Shown here piece after piece: positions 52,921 through 58,553 of a DNA stretch of 58,553 bases. The stretch's first letter is position 1; every line of letters starts with the position of its first letter. The position numbers and the translations under genes are program-made. Source of the DNA: Candidatus Deferrimicrobium sp. Lineage in GTDB: Bacteria > Zixibacteria > MSB-5A5 > GN15 > FEB-12. The stretch covers positions 1 to 58,553 of the forward strand of contig DATMWY010000204.1 in assembly GCA_035562415.1 (NCBI GenBank), read 5' to 3'. The notes under the pieces are model-generated. The model saw nothing but the letters and a program-made list of their open reading frames with translations. It had not been told where the DNA came from and ran no database searches.

Positions 52921-55149
52921 ATGGCATATTTGGGTGACTTTTTCCTTTACGCCGCGACCGCGTGCGCACTTCTTTCGCTCATCGTGTACGCCCTCGCGTG
53001 GCGGGGCAAGCAGGAGTTATTCGGCCGCGCCCGACGTTTCTTCGTCGTGACGTCGACGTCTCTGACGCTCGCACTGGCGGTTTTATTGTATCTGATATTG
53101 ACGCATGACTTCTCGGTAGCTTATGTCCATGCCTATTCTTCCACTGATCTCCCGCTCGGCTACCTCATAGCGACGCTCTGGGCCGGACAGGAGGGGACAT
53201 TTCTCTTGTGGATCTTTTATGTCAGTGTGATGGGGCTGCTGCTCATCCGCGCCGCCGGGAAGTTCGAAGCCGGCGCCATGGTCGTAGTCAACCTGTTCGT
53301 ACTGTCAATTCTGTCAATCCTGATAAAGAAATCGCCGTTTGAGGTATTGCCCGTTTTCCGAGCCGAGGGCGCCGGACTCAATCCGTTGCTGCAGGATTTT
53401 TGGATGACCATTCATCCGCCGATCATGTTCGTCGGGTTCGCCGGCACCGTCATACCGTTTTGCTTTGCGATAACGGCTCTTGCGGAGCGAAAGTATGACA
53501 CTTGGGCCGAGGCAGCGCGCAAGTGGACGATGTTCGCCTGGCTGGCGCTGGGCGTTTCGCTCGTGATGGGCGGCTACTGGGCCTATAAAACGCTCGGATG
53601 GGGAGGCTTCTGGGCCTGGGATCCGGTCGAAAACTCCTCGTTCATTCCCTGGATATTTCTGACAGCGCAAGTGCACAGCCTGTTTATCAAGCGTCAGCGC
53701 CGGGGGATGATGCGGTTTTCGCTTTTTGTCGTCTGCCTGAGTTTCTGGTCAGTGCTGTACGGCACGTTTTTGACTCGTTCCGGCGTTCTGGGCGATTTCT
53801 CGGTGCACTCGTTTGTTGACCTCGGCATCAATGGGTTTCTGATCGCGGGACTCTTCGGGTTTATCGGGCTGGGAAGCTTTCTTTTGATCCTGCGCTGGAG
53901 TGATATCAGGCCGGAACCATCTTATGCCACCGTAAACTCACGCTCGTACCTGGTGACGCTCGGCATCGTAATCCTCTTTCTTGGCGGCGTGCTCACGCTG
54001 CTCGGCACTTCGGCGCCTTTGCTGACCCGCCTCACTGACAAGCCTTCCAACGTCGGCCTGCCGTACTATTTCGCCACCATGACCCCGATAGCGATAAGTG
54101 TACTGACCCTGCTGGCATTGTTTCCGAGTTTTCGCTGGAATCATGGTATATCCCGACCGAGGCTTATCATCGTGGGGGCATCAGTTGCCGCGTTAACGGT
54201 AATCGTGCTTTTGCTGTCGGGGATTACGTCGAATGTCATGTACCTGGCGCTCTTCGGCGCGGCCTCCTGGGCTATAGTATCCAACGGCTATGTGGTAATC
54301 TCGTCTCTGCGTACCAACACGTTTCAACCGGGCTATCTGGCGCATGTCGGCCTGGCTGTCGGCCTTGTCGGCGCAGCGACTTCCAACGGTTTCGAGCGCA
54401 AACAGACCGTGACGCTTCCCAGGGGACAAGATATTCAGGCGATGGGCTACACATTGACGTTTGCCGACATGATCGAAACCGCTAAAGGTTACAATTGTCA
54501 TGTCAACGTCGTGTCGGGGGATCGCCAATTCGCGGCACTGCTGCCGCACGAGTTTCCCCGCAACGCCGAGGGGGTAATGAAAAAGCCGCACGTGGAAAAG
54601 TATCTCACTTACGACCTTTACATCTCTCCGGTGGCGCTGGAGCAACCTGAGGGAACTGACCAGGGCGCGCTCAAACTTTTGAAGGGTGAATCGGCGAAGG
54701 TTGACAAGTATGAGATTTCGTTTCACGACTTCGAGCTAAGCAGCCACGGTCAGGAAGAGATGAGCGGCGCGGCTGCCCTGCTGACCATAACGTACGACGG
54801 CAAAAGCGAAGACATCAAGCCTTCACTCGAAGTGACGGGTAAGGAGGTCAAGCCGGTAGCCGCGTCATTCGACTACGGTCGTGGCACGATCGTTATTGCC
54901 GGTGTGCGTCCCGATGAAGGGGGCGTCATGTTGACGGTAACCGGCGATTTCGCAGTTGCGCCTGAGACCGGGGTGGCAGCATTGACAGTCGAGGTTTCTG
55001 AAAAACCTCTGATCAATCTCTTCTGGCTCGGCACCATTACCGTGTTTGCATCCGGGTTCCTGAGTATGTGGGAGCGACGCAAAAGAAAACGGGCGGAGCT
55101 GCTTTCCGAGGTGGCCGCCGGAGAGGCCGCTGCCCAGCCGGTCCCGTAA
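52921..55149 (+). CDS. ccmF: CcmF/NrfE-like cytochrome c-type biogenesis heme lyase/membrane protein
   Basis: 742 aa, polytopic, with the WWD motif WGGFWAWDPVENSSFIPW. Confidence 0.75.
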   Translation: MAYLGDFFLYAATACALLSLIVYALAWRGKQELFGRARRFFVVTSTSLTLALAVLLYLILTHDFSVAYVHAYSSTDLPLGYLIATLWAGQEGTFLLWIFYVSVMGLLLIRAAGKFEAGAMVVVNLFVLSILSILIKKSPFEVLPVFRAEGAGLNPLLQDFWMTIHPPIMFVGFAGTVIPFCFAITALAERKYDTWAEAARKWTMFAWLALGVSLVMGGYWAYKTLGWGGFWAWDPVENSSFIPWIFLTAQVHSLFIKRQRRGMMRFSLFVVCLSFWSVLYGTFLTRSGVLGDFSVHSFVDLGINGFLIAGLFGFIGLGSFLLILRWSDIRPEPSYATVNSRSYLVTLGIVILFLGGVLTLLGTSAPLLTRLTDKPSNVGLPYYFATMTPIAISVLTLLALFPSFRWNHGISRPRLIIVGASVAALTVIVLLLSGITSNVMYLALFGAASWAIVSNGYVVISSLRTNTFQPGYLAHVGLAVGLVGAATSNGFERKQTVTLPRGQDIQAMGYTLTFADMIETAKGYNCHVNVVSGDRQFAALLPHEFPRNAEGVMKKPHVEKYLTYDLYISPVALEQPEGTDQGALKLLKGESAKVDKYEISFHDFELSSHGQEEMSGAAALLTITYDGKSEDIKPSLEVTGKEVKPVAASFDYGRGTIVIAGVRPDEGGVMLTVTGDFAVAPETGVAALTVEVSEKPLINLFWLGTITVFASGFLSMWERRKRKRAELLSEVAAGEAAAQPVP

Positions 55150-55257
55150 AGCGGTTGCCCTCTGTCCTCAAACCCCGCCGCGTTTGCTTGGCATTTCGTA
55201 TTGGTGCTGTCCTCAGATTAGCGGTTCCGGTTGCCAAGTGTATTAAGAGCCAATCTC

Positions 55258-55557
55258 ATGCGGATTAAGATGGGCAGTCTCGTGCACCTGTCGCCCGGCC
55301 ACTGGCTTGACAAACAGGTTCTGGCCCGACGCGTAGCGGTGTACAACGATGGCGGGCGTTTCTACGGCATCGAGGCGGATTGCAAGCACATGAAGGCCTC
55401 ACTGGCCACCGGTCAGGTAGAGCATGGCATCGTGACGTGCCGCTGGCACGGTTGGCGTTATGACCTGAAGACAGGTCTCTGTTTGAACAATACCCGATTC
55501 AGGCTCAAGACGTATCGTGTTGACGTGGTCGGGCAGGACGTGTACGTGGAGATATAG
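55258..55557 (+). CDS. Small Rieske [2Fe-2S] domain protein
   Basis: CKH..(17 aa)..CRWHGW ligand pattern. Start is 55258 or 55270. Confidence 0.8.
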   Translation: MRIKMGSLVHLSPGHWLDKQVLARRVAVYNDGGRFYGIEADCKHMKASLATGQVEHGIVTCRWHGWRYDLKTGLCLNNTRFRLKTYRVDVVGQDVYVEI

Positions 55558-55575
55558 TCAGGAGACTCGCACATT

Positions 55576-56193
55576 ATGTTTCACAAGATTCACGACTACT
55601 TGCACCGGATGACCCCGGAACGCCCTCCGATTCTGAGGGAAATGGAAGCATTTGCCGCAAAGAGCGGGTTTCCCATCATCGGCCCTCTCGTTGGACGATT
55701 GCTATACCAGTTGACATCGCTCTCAAAAGCCCAACGCATCATGGAGCTCGGTTCCGGTTTCGGCTACTCGGCCTGTTGGTTTGCGATGGCAGCCGGTCCG
55801 CAGGGCCACATCACGTTGACGGACAGCGACAGCGCCAACAAACGCCGGGCGCTCGGCTATTTCAAACGCGCGCGGCTTCAGTCCTCCTTCGATTTTCGGG
55901 TGGGCGATGCCGTAGACATTCTGCACCGATTGGATGGCCCGTTCGACATAATTCTCAATGACATCGACAAGGAAGGTTATCCCGGCACAATCGATCCGGT
56001 GGCGGAGCGCTTGAGACCCGGCGGACTGTTTATTACGGATAATCTTATCTGGTCAGGCAAGGTATGCCGCAAAAGGCCCGACAAAACATCCGTTGCCATC
56101 ATCGAATTCACCCGGAAGCTTTATGCCGACCCTCGTTTTTTCACTACCATCCTGCCCCTGCGGGACGGTGTCGCCGTAGCCATCAGAATTTGA
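55576..56193 (+). CDS. Class I SAM-dependent O-methyltransferase (family 3, caffeoyl-CoA OMT-like)
   Basis: RIMELGSGFGYSACWFA SAM motif and DIILNDIDKEGY. Confidence 0.85.
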   Translation: MFHKIHDYLHRMTPERPPILREMEAFAAKSGFPIIGPLVGRLLYQLTSLSKAQRIMELGSGFGYSACWFAMAAGPQGHITLTDSDSANKRRALGYFKRARLQSSFDFRVGDAVDILHRLDGPFDIILNDIDKEGYPGTIDPVAERLRPGGLFITDNLIWSGKVCRKRPDKTSVAIIEFTRKLYADPRFFTTILPLRDGVAVAIRI

Positions 56194-56966
56194 TACTGAG
56201 GCAGCACACACGGCCGCGGCGAAACGGCCGGCGTAGCGGCAGAGGCTGTCTGCCAAGGCTATTGTTCGGTTAGGTCTTCGCTCCGCTGAAAGCGGAGGTG
56301 TGACCTGACCGCTCATAATCTACCCTGCAAAGTAATTACTCGCAGAACGACTCGTCAGGTCACACGTCCCCGCCGTGGCTGGGCCGCAAAACCTGACGAA
56401 ACCCGAGTCACCACCTTATGAGACAGCCTTAGAACTGGAGCCGCTCGTTCACCCGGGCGTGGACAGTGACGCCACCAAAGAGCGGTGATCGCTGAGCTGT
56501 CTGGCCAGTTGGAACTTTGGCAGTGGTGAGGTGTTTAAGCTCTGGAGGCGCAAGTAAAGCCAGGATTAATTCACTCCGATACAGTTAACACCGATTAATC
56601 CTGATCACAGTCTTTGCATTCAGGCCAGCCTCTGAAAAAGAGGGAGAAAAGGTTCCGTTTTAGGACATGGAGTGGTTCGGGAGTAGCGGAGACCGCGTGA
56701 TTTTAGGCGCTGCCTGAGGATCGATTGGCGGCGCCGGCTTGACCGGACCAAGATTTTATTGTTGACAAACGGGAACGAATCCGATTCTTGGTGATTACAA
56801 TCTGGTCAGTGGCGCAGCGTAAAGCGACTGCGTGCTTGCCTGACCAGGGGCATTATCTGACGCCTGTGCAGGTAATGTCGTCGTCACAGTTTCGAAAACG
56901 AACAAGAAACTTTCTACTCATGAACATGCGGGCACCAATGAAAATGGGTAGGTTTTAGGAGGTACT

Positions 56967-57422
56967 ATGGCACCGAAGCGTGCACAATATCTGACATACG
57001 GCGAGGACGACATCTGTGCCGAAACCAGAAAATTCATCGAAGGCGCCGGCGTGTTGCTGGACGTGCGTGACATGAGCAAACACCCCCTGAGCGAGTACGA
57101 GTTGTCGACCCTGATCGGCCACATGGAAATTACGCATTTCCTGAACCCGCTTTCCGACTCGTACGAGAAATTTCGCCTGGACAAGCATCTGCCCAGCCGG
57201 GAAGACATCATTCGGCTCATGGCCAAAGATCATACGTTGATCCGTCGGCCGATTATCCGCGCGGCTCGCCTGATCACCGTTGGCTGCGACAAGCGCAAGA
57301 TCTCCGAAATGCTGCAAATAGGTCCGGATGGTCAGAAGCTTGAAGACAACAGCGCCAGCAATGTCAGCAACCGGTCCAGAAAGCCGGCTCACCACCGGCA
57401 GTCGGCCCAGGCAGGCAGATAA
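56967..57422 (+). CDS. ArsC/Spx/MgsR-family (glutaredoxin-fold) protein
   Basis: AGGAGG upstream. YLTYGEDDICAETRKFIEGAGV..LIRRPII..VGCD. Confidence 0.75.
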   Translation: MAPKRAQYLTYGEDDICAETRKFIEGAGVLLDVRDMSKHPLSEYELSTLIGHMEITHFLNPLSDSYEKFRLDKHLPSREDIIRLMAKDHTLIRRPIIRAARLITVGCDKRKISEMLQIGPDGQKLEDNSASNVSNRSRKPAHHRQSAQAGR

Positions 57423-57595
57423 TCCCGCTCAAACGGCTTATCAGGTTTCAGAGATTGCGGAGGGGCGAGAGGGGATAGAGGACACAAAAAATCCTCTTGA
57501 CAGGGTGCGGGGTTTTCGTTATCCTTGGACGTAATCCGAGAGTAAATGCATTTTTCTGGTTTCACGTCAATAATGAAGTTTTGGAGTCGAGCGTC

Positions 57596-57656
57596 GTCAT
57601 TCCTGCGAAGGCAGGAATCCACTTACTTCCCTGGATTCCCGCATTCGCGGGAATGA
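57596..57656. repeat. Two inverted family D hairpins
   Basis: GTCATTCCTGCGAAGGCAGGAATCC (57596-57620) and GGATTCCCGCATTCGCGGGAATGAC (57632-57656). Confidence 0.85.
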
Positions 57657-57703
57657 CTCTCACTTCGGGGCCATTATCGAGAAAAACACAGGAGCGAAGT
57701 CCC

Positions 57704-58246
57704 ATGAGACCCTTTCGTGCATGTGTAGCATTTTCCCTGCCGGCGCTGCTGACAATGAGTCTCTCGGCCACAGCGAAGGACGAGTCAACCGCCAAATCCG
57801 CAACGGTCTCCTCGGTCAGTCCGCAGCAAAAGGCGCAAGTATCTCCTGCCACGGGCGAGCAGATCAAGTGGCAGGTGATCTCGTCCGGTGGAAGCCGAGG
57901 CACATCGACCAATTTCATTCTCAGCGGGACCGTCGGGCAGACAGCCGTCGGATCGGGGAGTTCCACGAACTTCCAATTGAAACACGGTTTCTGGCAGAAT
58001 TTTGCATCGGGCTGCTGCCAGAATCGCGGTAACGTCGACGGTGTGATCGGTCCGGCCGGACCGGTTGACGTATCTGACTTGACATTTCTCGTCGCCTTCC
58101 TGTTCTCGGGCGGCGCTGCGCCTCCGTGCATTGATCAGGGCAACGTCGGTGGTATCGTTGGCCCTGGCGGTCCGATCGACGTATCAGACCTGACATACCT
58201 CGTCGCATTCCTGTTCTCAGGTGGCGCTGCGCCGCCGCCGTGCTGA
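57704..58246 (+). CDS. Small secreted protein with two Cys-flanked dockerin-like repeats
   Basis: AGGAG upstream of the ATG at 57704. Signal peptide MRPFRACVAFSLPALLTMSLSATA. CCQNRGNVDG..VDVSDLTFLVAFLFSGGAAPPC is repeated twice. Confidence 0.8.
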   Translation: MRPFRACVAFSLPALLTMSLSATAKDESTAKSATVSSVSPQQKAQVSPATGEQIKWQVISSGGSRGTSTNFILSGTVGQTAVGSGSSTNFQLKHGFWQNFASGCCQNRGNVDGVIGPAGPVDVSDLTFLVAFLFSGGAAPPCIDQGNVGGIVGPGGPIDVSDLTYLVAFLFSGGAAPPPC

Positions 58247-58431
58247 GGCGACCTAACCCCCCGGGCCCTCTTCCCTAAAAGGAAGGGGGAGAAATGAATA
58301 TGAAGCATGGAGCGTTTATTGCCTTTCTTACCCCCTCTCCCTGTGGGGGAGGGGCCAGGGGAGGGGTCCAAATTCATTGAACCACGATTCAAACTGAATC
58401 GTAAATTGACATATTCGCAAAGGAGAATCAC

Positions 58432-58553
58432 ATGACTTCTGCCAGAACGCGAGTGCTGTCTGTTTTTGCGCTTGTAGCGGTGACGTGCGTCGCAGTCGCG
58501 GCAGGTGTCCCCACGGTCATGAACTACCAGGGGAGACTGACAAACCCATCCGG
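58432..58553 (+). CDS. 5' end of a secreted protein gene (runs off the right edge)
   Basis: AAGGAG 8 nt upstream. MTSARTRVLSVFALVAVTCVAVAAGVPTVMNYQGRLTNPS: a signal peptide followed by a YQGRL-type start. Confidence 0.55.
   Translation, partial: MTSARTRVLSVFALVAVTCVAVAAGVPTVMNYQGRLTNPS

Noticed and set aside
56771-56810. TTGACA (56771-56776) and TACAAT (56805-56810) upstream of the ArsC-family gene, considered as a promoter
   Set aside because: The 28-nt spacer is far outside the 16-19 nt range, and no alternative -35 or extended -10 fits.
58250-58431. G/C-rich hairpins (CCCCTCTCCC-tgt-GGGGGAGGGG and CTTCC-ctaaaa-GGAAG) between the last two genes, considered as a further repeat family or terminator
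   Set aside because: There is only a single occurrence in the window and no U-tract, so it cannot be distinguished from an ordinary intergenic hairpin.

Overview
58.5-kb fragment of a fairly GC-rich bacterial chromosome, probably from an uncultivated lineage. Three exported proteins carry T9SS/FlgD-like C-terminal sorting domains or dockerin-like repeats, which hints at an FCB-type organism (inference only). About 50 genes are supportable. Most are housekeeping: nrdJ (partial), ndh, Fe/Mn SOD, selD, a MacAB-type ABC exporter operon, and a Wza/Wzz plus WbpB/D/E-like sugar locus. Also housekeeping are a leucine-catabolism-like acyl-CoA carboxylase cluster, an Fe-S (HesB/ferredoxin/Rrf2) group, pdxS/pdxT, lipA, ispH and a CcmF-like gene. 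One tRNA (anticodon CAU) is present. There is no rRNA, no CRISPR array and no intact mobile element, only an internally deleted IS110-type remnant. The best accessory candidates are: (1) a 2.4-kb, partly AT-richer three-gene cassette splitting the normally adjacent pdxS and pdxT (DUF3800 protein, translationally coupled unknown partner, Gp37/Gp68 three-Cys protein); (2) an ECF sigma / double-ZAS anti-sigma / exported TPR-CHAT protease module; (3) an AT-richer orphan receiver-like two-TM gene inserted in the carboxylase cluster and bracketed by hairpin repeats; (4) a selenocysteine-encoding selD (in-frame UGA plus hairpin); (5) a binding-protein-TolC fusion; (6) an S1 protease with a stand-alone pro-domain paralog. 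The window also holds several families of REP/MITE-like palindromic repeats, including a dense mosaic at 16.3-17.5 kb, one free-standing promoter-terminator pair (sRNA candidate), and two long ORF-free structured intergenic regions. All calls come from reading the sequence and ORF translations by eye. No database search was run.
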